Shown: positions 25,091 through 38,605, counted from the stretch's first letter. The stretch is DNA of 64,000 bases from Neophaeotheca triangularis (GCA_054600435.1 BAAIJX010000006.1:310001-374000), one strand, 5' to 3'. The notes: generated by a model from the sequence alone, not told the origin. Numbers and translations are program-made.

Positions 25091-26666
25091 CTACTGTTCA
25101 CCCTGGATGTAGGCTTCCGCTGCTTGCTGCTGGCGATGGATAATGTTCATAGCCTCGTCATCATCATAAAGGTCATACCATCCCGGCGCCTCGTGAGGGG
25201 GATCACCGGCCCAAACCTCACCGAACTCATTCAGTGTTTGTGTCTCCGGCCTAAAAACGCCGCCATAAGCCCAAGGGCAAGTACCAACGTACGCACCGTC
25301 GCCGGTCAAGAAATCCTGCAGCGCAGCACCGATGATAGCTTCGAAGTAGTCGTCCTTGTTGCTGGTACCGGCCGAAGACAGGTAAGTATACTCCTTACCC
25401 TCGTTCTCCCAGTTGTTGCGCGCCATGCCGAACTCCTCGAGGAAAACGGGTTTGTTGATTTCGCGGGCCCAGTCGGAGGTGTTGCGGATGAAATCGCGAG
25501 CGAAATTGTTGGCTTCGACCAGATTGGCGGCCGAAGCGTTGAGCATATCGTACACACCCCAGTTCTGCACCCAGCAGTGCGAAGTGGTGTAGTCGACGGT
25601 GGTGAAGTTGTGGACCGCTTGGAAGTACCATTTGCCTTGCTTGCCCTCGAAGCCGACGTTGATGAGTTGGTTTGGGGCGGCGGCTCGGATGTAAGAGCTG
25701 GTCTTTTCAATCCAGGGAAGGACGGCGTCTTCCGGTGTCGGTGGTAGGACCAGGCTGTAGGGGCCGAGGTAGTCTGCCTCGATTTCCGGTTGGGGTTCGT
25801 TCGCGAGCTGCCAGGTCATGACGGTCGGGTCTTCTTTGTAGGTCCGGCCATTGACGGTGTTGACACGGTTGAGTACAGTGTCAATGTGGTCGTGGTACCA
25901 TTCCTGGCACTGGTCGCAAGTGTAAAAGCGGTTGGCGAACTCGGTAAAGTTGGAGTATGGAGCGGCGTTCACGCCTTCCTCCGTGTAGTTGCCCCAGCCC
26001 CGTGTCCCAGGCGGGTCGCGCTGGGGAGGCGCCGTGAGGTTCCAGCTCTCAGGATACGGGATTTCAGCATTGTCGTTGGCCCACGAGACGTACTGAGCGA
26101 AGCCGCCGGACCTGGAGCATCGTTAGACTGTGTTCCCACTTCCAACCGGCAGGAGTCAAAACTTACCATTGCCACTCGTTCGCCAAGGTCATCGTGGCAC
26201 GCATGCCTCGCTTCGACATCTCAGCCAAACACCTATCCATCCCAACAAAGATCTCCTCGTTGTACTCCCCAGGTGACTGCATCAATGGCGGGTCCATGCG
26301 GAAGGGCTGATGGGTCGGAGCACCCTCGCTCGAAGCCATGAGACGAAGATGGTTGACGCCTTTGGAAGCCATTTGGTCCAGCTCGGTGATGAATCGAGAG
26401 TGGTTGCCGCCTACGGAGTCGTCTGCCGCAAGGTTCATGCAAGACCAATAGTTCAGGCCGGTGAGGTAGACCGTCGTGCCATGGCTGTCTTTGAGACGGT
26501 TGCCGTCGACGCTGACGTAGTCGTCGGGTGTAATTGATCCGTCGTTCTCAGACTGGCCATAGCCGTGGTGTCCCTTGGGTCCATGGGGAGGGTGGTCGCC
26601 ATTGGGAGTAGGAGATGCGGTCGCCAGTGGCAAGGCCAAAAGGCCGAGTGACAGTAGGGAATGCAT
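25091..26666 (-). CDS. Secreted GH5 beta-mannanase/mannosidase
   Basis: Signal peptide; GLNYW, NEWQWSGGFAQY (across intron 26112-26166), acid/base WQLANEP and nucleophile PVFLEEFG. Confidence 0.9.
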
Positions 26667-27581
26667 TTTCGCTGGTAGATGAAGAAGAAGAAGATGACCT
26701 TTCGAGAGGCCCGCTAGGTATATATATGATACTTACAACATCATTTGACTACGGGAACAGATCGTCTTGGCTGATGCCACATGAAGACTGCTCGGTGCAA
26801 GTGACCCAGATTTCAGCGGCTTTCGACGACAGACTCTCATCGAAAGCCAATGGCCTTGCATGTCCGCCATGACCGAAAGTGCAGTTACGGTACCTCTCAC
26901 CTATGTGTTGGAGACGGATGTGTTGAAGTGGAGGTGCAGCAAGTAGGAGAGGTGGAGAATCGGGAGGCCAAGCCTGAAACAGCGACGGTGAGCCATCTTC
27001 CGCATTTTATTCAGGAAGGTCGGCTGGTTTGACGGCTCCGCAAACATGCACCGTCGACGTCAGTCGAACCGGGCATGGTTGGGTTTTGGGAAGACAAGCT
27101 CCACAGATGCGCTGAATTGCAAAGTTCAAGCCTGGCGAAGGACCGCCTCGTAGCTTGGTCAATGGTCAGTCATCGTTAGCTCTTTACGTGGTGGATATCG
27201 AGGTCGGCACTTCATCTCCTGTGCTGATATTCAACGAAGACGAACGGCGAGGTTGCTTCGAAATGTCGAGAGACGGCATCTGGAAGTGCTGCAAGTAGAG
27301 CAACTTGCTCAGCAATAATGTCTACGACTGACTGCAAAACGGGTGCAGCATGAAGATCGGAGCAAACAATGAACGTCGAATGACATGGCTGTACACGCAC
27401 ACTCTGCACTGCTCACATATCGAATCCCTCAATTCAACCGTATCGTGCCACCCTAGACTGAACCAAGGTCGACATCCGCCTTTCACTTCGCAGCAACATG
27501 GATCTCCTTCGATAGCACTGCACCACCTCACTCACGTCTGCACATTTGCATGGTCTATACAGCTCCCATTCACGGCTGCTG

Positions 27582-28592
27582 CTACAGGGCAGCACGAGCA
27601 GCCTGACCATCCCGGACGCACTTGCAGTCCCCATACGGTTGCTCGATGGCTTCCATACACTCCCAGCAGAAGTTCGTCCGGCATTGCGAACCTGTAAAAT
27701 CGTTAGCAAGAAGATCCAATGTTGTCATTTTCGTACAGGTACGAAACTTACAGAACATGCTGGGACAGCCGCCGTTCTTCTGGATTGGGCGCCTGCACTT
27801 TGGGCACTTCCTGGTAAGCTGCTCGATGGTCTTCAAACTCCGGTCTTCCTCGTCCTCGCGATCTCTGGTCCTCTTCTTATACTCGTCGCAAGTCTCACCC
27901 TCGTGCCAAGGCCGGTCGCAAGGCACGCACGCTTTGGCGCCACACTCATCGCAGGTCCAAACATCGGGTGGCGACAAAACCTCGTCTTCGATCGCGCTGA
28001 CTTCACTCTTCGATAGCTTACCACTGGCCTTCTTCCCGGTTGTGAGGTACTCGTTGAGAGCCTTCCTATGTGCCTGTTCCTGGCGATCCTCCACAGCAGC
28101 CTTCTTGGCCTCTCTCAACTCGCGCTCCACGTCCGCGGCATCCGGCGAGACATGCACCTTCCCAGCGCGGCACGAAGCAGACATGCACCACCTCCAACCC
28201 GGCGTTGAATCAGCAACGTGGCGACGATGCAGCTCCTCAAACCTAGACCGAAAAGTCAGCAAAACCCCCCTTTCGCGAACCAGAACAGCGCACGAAAACA
28301 CTCACCGCTTGAAAACCGCCTTGGGAACGCAAAGCCCGACCCCCTTCTCTTCCATAACCTCCTCGCACTCGGGACACTTGATACCCCCGGCGGCGACGGC
28401 GCCGTTGTCGATCTGGAACTCGATCCATTCGCGCAAGCAGGCTTTGCAAGTGTGGATTAGGTGCTTGCAGTCGTCGGTGGGGTTGAAGGCGTGGAATTGG
28501 CTACTGACGCGCTGGGTATCGCAGGTTTTGCAGAGGTAGCGGGTAGCTGCCCTTTTTCGGTTGAACTTGCGGCGTTTGGCTGCTGGGGCCAT
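27582..28592 (-). CDS. Small RBR (RING1-IBR-Rcat) E3 ubiquitin ligase-like protein, copy 1
   Basis: CKTC...CKHLIHTCKAC...CPEC, then WRWCMSASC...CDECGAKACVPCDRPWHEGETC, then [30 protein letters not shown]. Introns 28243-28305 and 27692-27751. Confidence 0.85.
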
Positions 28593-29376
28593 GTTTTGGA
28601 GTGATGAGGGTTGGTGGTAGTAGTGGTGGTGGTGAGGTGAGGTTACTGTCACAGGGTGGTCGGTGGTTGGTTGTTTGTTTGTTCGAAAGCGGTGCGTAGT
28701 TACCTAGGTGAGTATGTGTTTTGGGTGACGTGAGGTGTTGAGGTGGCCTGGCGTGACTGCCACGTGAATGTCCTGTGTTGGTAAAGGTGAGGTGCCTTGG
28801 CGCACATGACTGGAAAGGACAGGAGTCGTGCCTTCCCTTTGAAGCTGCTGCCTTGGATTTGTTGCTAATCGATAAGACATGTGACTCCTGCAATTCGACT
28901 TCACTCGGAATCAAGGTGGAATACAAGGCAATATAGATTATCATCAAGTGAAGTAAAGCGCCTTGCCTTGACTACCTCGTCCCATCAGGCGCCCGCTAGT
29001 GGTTGCCTCTTTGCCTTGGTTCCGCTTTTCACGTGACCTCAGAGTTGGTCAAGAGGCTGATTCATGCTTTCCGGCATGTACTGCGTGGAAGGGTTCACTC
29101 AGCTAGGCTTCATCTACAAAGAATGCATCGTGACTGTGGACTGGAGACGTAGGGCAACTGTTAAATTGTTGAATTGGCAAGGGAGTCAGCAACGAGCTCG
29201 CATTGTTGTCATTTCAGACCCATGTGTACCCCTGGACGTCGTCTCGAGAGCGTCGACTATATCGATAGACACCCCCCCGGCAATCCTTCAATTCTGCCAG
29301 GCACCATCTTCATCCCCTCTTGCGTATCTCATGGACAGTCAGAGACCGTTCCACTCGAGCCCGACACAAGAGAAGC

Positions 29377-30151
29377 TCAATCACGACGCGCCGGGATCGG
29401 TACAGGAAGCGTGCCGGTACTCATCTTACTGGGGCAGTCTTCAGCATGTCCATCCCCGTTGGTGTCAGAAGCCGAAATGCCGCAGTAGAAGCAGAAGTGC
29501 TCTTCGCAGCGCGTGCCTGTTGTTCAGTCAGTCAGATTGCTCAAACTCGCCCGTCGTTCAGAAAGGGTAACAGTATATCTTACAGTGAATGTGGTCGCAA
29601 CCCTCTCCTAGCTCGATTCGTACACGGCATTTCGGGCACGGTTTCGTGGTTTCGTCGATCAGGTCTTGTGAATCTTCATCGGTTCTGTTGGAGCTGGTAC
29701 GGGATTGGAAGACTTCGCACGTTTCGTTGTCGTGGTAGGGACGGTCGCACTTCGCGCATGCACGAGCGCCGCAGGTGTTGCAGGTGAAGATGTCATTGAC
29801 GTTCGGGTGTTGCTGCCCGGCATCGCAAGAGGGGTTGAGGCACCAGCGCCAGTCGGGAATTCGCTCTTGCTTGGCACGCTCTAGGAGTCTGAAGTGGCGG
29901 CGAGCGGTCTCGGGGGAAGCGTTCTTTCTGATGTCGCTGTCGGTGAGCAGTTGGTCGCAATGGCGGGAGGGGCAAGGGATGTTGGCCGTACCCACTCGGC
30001 TGCTAATCCAAGCGTTGATATGGAGCTTGCAAGCGTCTACTGAGTGCATGCAACCTTCTGTCGGTCCGTGATTGTAGAAGTCTGCGGGTGTGGACAATTT
30101 GTCCTCGTCGAAGCAGATCTCACAATCCGGGGGGTATTCGTTGTACTCCAT
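29377..30151 (-). CDS. Small RBR E3 ubiquitin ligase-like protein, copy 2
   Basis: CEIC...CMHSVDACKLH...CPSRHC, then WRWCLNPSC...CNTCGARACAKCDRPYHDNETC, then CPKCRVRIELGEGCDHIHCTRCEEHFCFYC. Intron 29517-29583; the stop position is less certain. Confidence 0.82.
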
Positions 30152-32918
30152 CGTCAGGACAACTCGTCCACAGTAGAGGGAGGCTTGAGGGAGTTGAAGA
30201 GAGCGCAAGGGTATTGGCGGGAGAGCGTGGAGTAGGAGAAAGCGTAGGTAAGGTGGAGGAAGTATGTGCAGATGCGTTGTGGAAGCTCCGTGAAGGCACC
30301 CGGAGCAAGGCCCAAGTGAACTTTTGGCCGCACGGACCATATTGTCGCAATAGGGCCTGGGGCCTGAGGTGAACGATTCTCCTTGCGAGGACGAAACGAA
30401 AGCCCCGACAGAGCGTAGCATTCAGTAGCCTCTGGTGGAGGGGTCGGTGGAGGTCTGCGCACGGATTGTCCCTTCTAAATCGACAAGAAAGTGCCATCGT
30501 AAGAACGCTAGAAGTTGGCCAGGGATAATCTCCAGTTCTCAAGCTCGTAGGTTAATAACCAACGCATGGCAAGAATGCCCGCCAAAACGCTTCTGGCAGG
30601 GTATTGAGGTTCGGTCTCCGCAGTATGGCCACTCTTGTACGACAAGCGAGTCTGATTGCTAGAACGCCAGAAGTAGGCCCGGAACACTCCAGACTTCTAA
30701 CTTTTGCATGTTGATCGCCCATTCCCGGCGAAAAATACCTTCCAGTTTCGTTACAGAAAGAGTGGCCGGAGGAGGTTTCTGCACGGATGGTTCTTGAATC
30801 TAGCAACGATGCAATTCAGAGAACGAAAGGAATTGGCCGGGAAGGCGCCAATTCATCTCACTCTTTTGTTGACAGCCAACTCCTGCCGACAAATACCTGA
30901 CGAACGCCCCCTACGAGTGCTCCGGAGTAGCTCTCTCTGCACGACCGTCTCCTTGAAATCGACGGACGAGCCTAGTCGCAACAACGCAACCATTCGGCTG
31001 AGGATCTTTCCAACTTTTTCCACTCATGTCTCGATAGCCAGTCCGCGGCGGTAAGGCTTCTCAATTCCTTCCTTGCAAATGCTGCGAGCAGCTAGCTCCG
31101 CGCGATTGTCGGTTTTGGGCTGACTAATGAACGCAAACAATCGGTCAAGTTTTCCCGTTCCTATGTTCATATGTTAATAGCAAACTGGATGCGAGAATGC
31201 GTGCCGTGTTCATTTCCTCAAACTCTTCGATAAGCTGCCTCTGCTCAGTCGCTTCGAAATGTCAATGACTAAGTCTCCAATGAGCATCGAAATGGCTTTG
31301 CCAGAGACCTCCCAGACCCACCTCATTTTAGACCAAAGCCGTGGAGCGATACTCGCGAGGGGGGTGATAGCCAGAGGCTGTTAGTAGTTGAGTTGGTCTT
31401 TGATCCACTGAACCGAGTGCAGAGATGCTGAGGATGGCTTTGCTACGGACGCTTGCGCCGGGCAGCCTCTTGAAAATCCTGGTAAGAGACACGTCGGCTG
31501 TCTCGAACGTGCTTATCGAACGTGCTTACAGCTACCCGTGGCGTTTTCAGCGTGGAGTTCGGCGTCAGGATAGCCGTGTATCGCGGCTCGCTGGCATGAA
31601 GTTGCTGTCCCACGAAGAGGTTTGAGCGGGACACATCGCCAGCTGTCCTCCCCGTACAGACGTCCGTAATCGCAAGGAAAATTTCGGTTCTGCTATTACG
31701 CCATCGTCGACGTCGCAGGATTGCCGGGTGGCCGGGGTGATATCTCGCAGAGATCGCGTGGTCTTTGTCCTTAGCCGCACATCTGTCTACATCTGCGTGG
31801 GCGAGTCTTGCGGTCTTCTCAGCGGCACCGCAAGGCTATCGAGACGAGTCCGCGGCGGGCTTTCAAGACTCGAGAGCGGTGATGTGCGAGGCAACGTGGG
31901 CGGCGCGATCACGCACACGCGGGCAAAAGAGGATAGTGTTCTGCCATTTCTGTCCTTGAGGCCTGAGCCCTCGGGTGTCAAGTCTTACTTCTACGACGAG
32001 CCCGATGTTGAGCTGGCTGGCATCGGGTGATCCAGCCAAGCGGGGTTATGTCCATTGAATGGAGGATTCTACTCCCCGCTGGACGATGTTATCTTGCACG
32101 AGACGAGTCGTCCCAGGTGGGCACCTCGTAGATCTCGATAGGTTTCATCATAGTGTGTCGAGAGTGTTGGACTTGGATGTCTCCGGGGGGTTTGGGATCA
32201 AGACCAGAGCTGGGAATCTGGGAGCTGCCCTGAGGTGATTGTCCGAGGTTCTTACACCGCACCGCTTGATTCGGCCGTCGTCGTCTGGGCGTCAGCGGTG
32301 GTGCCTGCACGCCTCTGTCAAGATTCTAGAGACTTGGACTGTCCGTTACATGACATGCCACCACAAATAGAATCGGTTCAGTCCCCTAACATTCAAAAGC
32401 AGCAGTCTCAATTGCAGACTGTTACCCTTGGATTGTTGTTCAACAAGGATGAGACAACATGGTCTGGGCAAACTTTAGAAGCACCAAGGAGAAGCGACAG
32501 GCCTTGTGCAAAGTACATAGTCTCGATAGTTCTGCCACCACTTTATTAAAGACGGCATAGCCGCATGTGTTTACATGTACATACATATCCCCCATCCAGC
32601 ATCGATCATTAACAGAATTAGCGAAAATTACAGCAAACCCCCATCTGATAAATATATCTCTCACGATCGTCTCTGAACCTCAAACCCAACACCCCCCGAC
32701 GCAACCCGTCGTACGCGAGCATCGTAGATCAAAATCCGCACCCTCAAGGAGTGTCGTCGACGGAAGCACAGATGGCCGTCAGACGCGCATGTCTGTCGTG
32801 CATGGATACGCATTCCAGTCGTCAAGCAAAAGCGCGAGCAATAAAAAAATTGTTTTCCGTGATCTTCGGTCCCGAAGTTTCGTTTGCGCTTACTCGAGGC
32901 TGAGCTACCTTGGCCGCT

Positions 32919-33382
32919 CTACCTCGCAATAGTGCCGTTGACAACGGGAGCGACGCTACCATCACCAGACTCGGCGTCGGTGTTGGCGAGAGTGCCGTTC
33001 AAGAAACGGCCGTTGCTGACTTGCATGAGCATGCCGTTGACACAGCTGGGATGAAAGTCAGTAACCGGATTCTTTTCTGGCAAGTCTGCTGGCCCTTGGG
33101 GTGTGTGGGAACTCACTTGTACTGCTGAGGGTCAAAGCAAGCGTCGAGACAAGCTTGCGTGCGGCGGTTGTTGATGACGGGGCACAGGTAGATGTCGTCG
33201 TAGCAGGTGTAGGCGGTTTGGTAGTAGGGCTGGGAGCCGCAGATCTCGATGGCGCCGGCGGGAGTCGTCTCGTTGACCGGGGCGGTGATGTTGGAGAGGG
33301 GGAGGTTGGTGGGGACTTGAGGGACGGGGGAAGCGACGACAGTGGTGGCGGCGGCGGCCAGGGCGAGGAGGGTGGTGAACAT
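32919..33382 (-). CDS. Small secreted Cys-rich protein with a CBM52/Carb_bind-like beta-1,3-glucan-binding module
   Basis: Signal peptide MFTTLLALAAAATTVVA, then CGSQPYYQTAYTCYDDIYLCP...ACLDACFDPQQYNCVNGML (6 Cys) across intron 33046-33116. Confidence 0.75.
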
Positions 33383-35163
33383 GTTTGCGGTTTTTAGTGT
33401 TTGAGGATGGGTGATTGTTTGGAATGAATGGTGTTTGGATAGTTTGTACGGTGTAGTGAAAGGTCAGATCAGGGAATCGCGAAAGAGAGAAAAAGAGAGC
33501 AGGACCCTACCTTATGAACCTACACAACGACATCATGCTTTGCTAGGGTTCAATCGCCTCCTCCGCCAAAACCAACCAGGCCCTTTCCTAATCCTGCCTG
33601 CCATGGCGAAAGTATTGAAAAACGGTAGGCGGACATAGGCGCTACCATCCGACGTACCTTCGCGGCAGTGCTGCAGCTACGTCATGATCAAAAGAAAACT
33701 CACCACCCATTACTAGCGTCCAGGCGGACGGGTAAAGTAAAAAGCTTGGGAGAAGGCGGAAAATCAATCGTGGTTCGTGGTTCGTTGAGAAAAAGGCCAG
33801 AACTTGCACAACAACGGTCCGGCCGCCATGCCGGACTACTCTGCGAGACTTTGTCATCGACGCCGTGCGCAGCGGCTGTGCGACTCGCGGCTCCCGATCA
33901 ACTAAAAAAACCCAAGGCAGTAGTATAGTACTAGAGGTACTGGGCCATGGTCGAGTCCGTCCAGTCAAGACTTTTCAATCGCCTCAACTCCAGCGTCATA
34001 GTCCGGACGTCTACACCACGGTGCCCACGGTGCCTCTCTAGTTCTCCGCCTTCCATGTCGATCGATCTACGGACGGACGACCGTGGAGACGACGGACATG
34101 GAGATGGGGAGATGAAGTCGACAACAAGGCGAAAAAGCGTGCGTAGTCCGAACGAAGCAGACGGGATGGGATTGCGTAGAGCCAAGCCACGGATACCTAC
34201 TAGTTCCACCATCGATGGCGTGGACGGTAACATTCATGTACGTACGGTGTGGCGGAAGTCTTAGGCCAGCGAGTTGGCGCCGAGCATTGGATTTGTTGAT
34301 GATGATGGGACAGTAATAATCAACGGGTGGAAGAACATCATTGTGCATCGTTTGTGCAACTACCCTTTTTCATCGAAAACCGCTGGAAATCGCTAGTTTC
34401 CGGCACATGGCTGGAGGGGGCTCGTCTGGGGCTCGTTTGTGGAGAGCGAGAGTTTGGTCGCGGCGAGTCTATCTTTGCCCCCCAACTGCGCATGTGAAGA
34501 TTCCCGTCCACACATGCCGGACCGGCTGTCGTTTCGGGGTAAAATACATTCGGTTGAGAAGAAGTGGTATACTGCCATCATCATTGTCATCAAGAATATA
34601 GGTAGGTAGGTGTTGAACGGACTGCTATGTAGAACCCAATACAGCAGACGAGAAACAGACGTCTGTATGTGCATATAGTATATACTACCTTTGGTACGGT
34701 ACCTTAAGATCAAGTCCACAACGTCTGATCTCAAGAAGCAGTACGAGACTACGAGTACCTGCATGCATGCATGCATACAAAACCACCGCAACTGCAACCA
34801 CAAACACAACCACAACCACAAGATACCAAGGTACTGTATATAGCTCAAGATGACAGTATCACTACCTCCTACAGAAGTACCACACACTTCAAAAGAAAAC
34901 CCACACAAAAAAGCGATCGACCATCTCCATGACCCACCCCATCTCAGTCCCCAACCCCAAGCTATGAAGTCCTTTCTTCCAACCAACCCCCTCCCTGAAG
35001 AAGAGCTAGCAGACCGAGTGCGAATTATTACCTACAGTAGGTACACAATCTGATATAACAATAGAGAGGAGAAAAAAAGAAAAACCGGGTATATCTGCAA
35101 GCTAGCGAGCCAGCCGGCCAGCCAAAGATCATGAGCCCAGCAAGTATATGCTAAAAACGACGA

Positions 35164-35187
35164 CAACAACAACAACAACAACAACAA
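35164..35187 (+). repeat. (CAA)8 microsatellite in the SSK1 3' flank
   Basis: Direct reading; a C homopolymer follows at about 35306-35319. Confidence 0.85.
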
Positions 35188-35373
35188 CTCAAGAGTCCAA
35201 TGAACCCTGAATCCCGAGACCCAAAAAAACGCCTCGCTGCCACCAAAATGCAAAAACAAAATTCCCTTTCCAACACGAGGAGCGCGACGAGGAGGGAGAG
35301 AAACGACCCCCCCCCCCCCGGGGACCAATTACAAAAAAGCAAAGGACGATATTAGCAAAAGGGTCCAGAGCAT

Positions 35374-35577
35374 TCAGTCCGCGGCTTCGTCCTCCTTGGC
35401 CTCGTCGGCACTGCGCTCCCCATCGACCTTGGTCCCGTCCTCAACAGCGTGCTGCCCGCCATCCTTGGCATTCTCCGCCTCGGCCTCCTCCCCCTCAGCT
35501 TCCTCCTTGACCCCATTCATCTGCCGCACAACCCCACTGGAAGAATTCCTCTTAGCCTTAGCCGGCGGTTGGCCACC

Positions 35578-35609
<32 letters not shown>

Positions 35610-38605
35610 CACTAGCCGCCCCAGCACCGGCAGTAGTAACAAACCGCCCCGACTCCTTCTTGCGATTAACCTCCAACAACCGCTCCCGCTCGCTCTTCTC
35701 CTCTTCATTCTTCTTCTTAACCTTCTCCTGATGCTGCGCAAACTTCTCCATCTTCTCGCGCTTCCTCGCCTCCTTCTCCGCCTCTTTGCGCTTCTCCTCT
35801 TCGCTCTTGCCACTGTCTTTTTCCTCGCCGTAGTCTTTCCATTTGCGCCACCCGTCAAAGTCGATGAGCGCTTGCATGCAGCCCCATTCTTTCACTTTAC
35901 GCTCCAGCCAGACGAAATTGACGGGTTTGGTTAAGAAGTCGTTGCAGCCTGCCGCGAGGGCTTCGTGACGGTCGGATTGCAAGGAAGAGGCGGTTAAGGC
36001 GACGATGATGATGGGGGATTTGAAAAGCGTGTCTGGGCCCGTTTGGAGTTTGTCGTCTTCTTTGCTACGAGGTTTGGTTTCCTCGTTGGGGGTTTCATCG
36101 TCTTCGCCGTTCATGGTCGTGGTATTGTTGGTGGTGGTGCGGACGTCTTTGCCGTCGCTTCTGTGCTCGGCTGGGCTGCTAGGCGCGCTCGAGCTGAAGA
36201 CGCCGATGCCATTGACGCGCTCTAGGCGGCGGATCTCTTTGGTCGCTTGCAGGCCGTTCATGATGGGCATTTGAATGTCCATGAGCACCAAGTGGAAACC
36301 ACCGGCACGCCATTTGTCTAGAGCGATTTGTCCGTTCATGGCCGTTGTCCAGCGTACTTTTAGCCTCTTCATTAATCCCTCCAGGATACGCAAGTTGATG
36401 ATGTTGTCTTCGACGATTAAGACGTTGATTGGGGGGACCGAGCCGTCTAAGAGACCGGAGTATGAAGGGTGCGGGTTGGGTGAGTCTGTTCCTGCGGCAT
36501 TGGGTCGCCTAGACCGTGAGCGCGAGTCATTTTGATCTGGTTTGCGATTTTTCCTCGGTCGCGGAGGTCGATTGATATTCGCTGGCCCTACGGGTGGCGT
36601 CTGGGGAGTAGAGCTCGGCATGGCAGTTGGCTCCGCTTGCGGCGCGGGTGGAGTGGGAAGCGGAGGTGGTGGTGCGCCGACAGCCTCACTGTGGTGGTCA
36701 GAAGTCGTCGAGTCCATTCGGTTTCGTACACCCGATGGGCGATGCGGTAGATGTGCTTGAGGGACGAGAGTGTTGGGCTGCACCGCAACAGCTCCTCCGT
36801 TTGGGTGTGCCACAATGGTAGGCGAGGATGTTTGCTGGCGGTTGAACTTGGGTCTATGGTCCCGAGCATGGCGTCGCGTCCCTCCCGGCGAGGGAAGAGG
36901 CGGTACCTGCCCGGTACTGAGAACTGACATGGAGCGGGCGTGCTCGGGGACAGCATGGACAGCAGGGGGATGGTGACTGTTTCTGCTATCGTGAGAGCCG
37001 GAAGTCTGCGGCATGGTGGGCGGCACGATAGCAGGCATTGGGGGAAAGTAATCCGTCCCGTTCTCCAGAGGCCTGTAATCATCTGCAACCTGATAGCTTG
37101 GGTGCTGAAAAACTCTCGGGCTCGGCCGCGGCGTGCGCTTCGTAGGCACATTGATCAGCAAGGCGTCGTCCACCGTCTGCCCCCCGGGATAATAAGAGTC
37201 GATAGTCCTGCACATCTCTTCCTCGGGTCCCAGCTGCCTCTCATGCCGCTGTGCCCCATGTTCCGACCGCGTCACGATATGAAGCGTCATATCCGGCGCG
37301 TCAAACGTCTTGCCCAGCGAATTGGCGTATTTTCTCAGAATCATATCCCGCACGTCGTCCACCAGGTCATCCTCCCGTATCTGCACCAGCGTCGCCGAGG
37401 CACCGGGCCTTCGCACCCATATCTTGCGGTGGAGGGCGTGTGCCATGTCGGTGGGTAGGCCGGAAGTAAAGAAATCAAGCCCTCGCGTATCTGTCGGTAG
37501 AGCGGAAGGGAGGTCGATGGATTGCGGTTTGTTGTGTGAAGGTACGTCGATGAGGGTTCTGGCTACTTTGGCATTGACGTGATTGACCAAACTCTGCTGG
37601 CGTACGTTGGTATCTGTTGGCCGCTTGGAGGAGCGCGAGGTATCAAAGGGAGACAGAGAGCGACCGGTGGAGGTGGTGGAGTTGAGCCGGCTGGAGCGAT
37701 TAGTTTGCTCTTCTTGGTCTTGGGGAAGTCGCTGCTGCTGTTGAAGTGGTGCACTCTCAAGCGATGACTTGCGGGAGTGGGAACGCTTGGAGGCTTCGGG
37801 AGAGACAAGGTCGGTGTGTTGGCTGTTGAGGTGATGGAAAAGAGATTGTTAGCAACGAGCTCTCCCCACATGCACACACAGCTTCAGCTGCAGCTTCTCA
37901 GCCTCAGCTTCTCAGCGGGATGTCGTCTGCGTACAAGACAAGAGTACTAGTCAAGTCTTATGCACGGCATCGAGAGGGAAGTCTTGAAGGAACAAAGATC
38001 ACAAGCAGTGGCATGCAATGCAATGCAAGCCTGAAGTGGGTAATGGTGCAAACTTACTCGGCCTCTCCCGCGTCCCTATCATCAGTAGTAGTAGTTATCA
38101 CCTCAGCACCGCCAGCCGCGAGAGCATCAACCCCATCCGCGAAATCCGGCGTAGGCTGCTGAACGGTCAACGTAGGCTGCTCCTTGGTATCGAGCTGCTC
38201 GAGCCTCAACTCCTGCACCTGCGCGACGACAGCTTCAGACTTATCGCCCATCCGCTTGGACTTGCCGGACCGACGCGGAGAACTGCCCTCCTCCAAACAG
38301 GCAACGTCCCCCCCGTCCCCCTCAAGCTCAGGCAACCCAACACCACCCTCCCCCCTCTCACCCACACTCTCAGGCACCTGCGCTTGCGCCGAGTATAGCT
38401 CCCTCAGCCTCGCAAACGAGGAACTCTTCCGCGGCCGAGCGACAACAGGTTTCGGCTCGGGCGACGGCGACGGCGTGGTGTCGTGTTGCGGACTGTTGGA
38501 CCCGCTATTGCCGCGGTGGTCGCGGTGCTCGCTCGAGGAAGTCGTCGTCGTGGCTTGCGAGCGCGAGCGGCGGAAGAGCGGCCGTTGGAAGAGGCTTAGG
38601 CGCAT
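35374..38605 (-). CDS. SSK1: Two-component response regulator of the HOG pathway
   Basis: KIWVRRPGASATLV...DDVRDMILRKYANSLG block; receiver domain PPINVLIVEDNIIN...LVLMDIQMP...VALTASSLQSDRHEALAAGCNDFLTKPV...EWGCMQALIDFDGW. Exon 1 (38058-38605) is joined in frame by intron 37823-38057. Confidence 0.9.
35578..35607 (-). repeat. CAG trinucleotide repeat encoding polyQ in the SSK1 C-terminus
   Basis: (CTG)n on the + strand gives the poly-Gln run in the ORF. Confidence 0.9.

Noticed and set aside
27622..28539. 305-aa plus-strand ORF
   Set aside because: Antisense shadow of RBR copy 1; Ser/Leu-rich with no domain.
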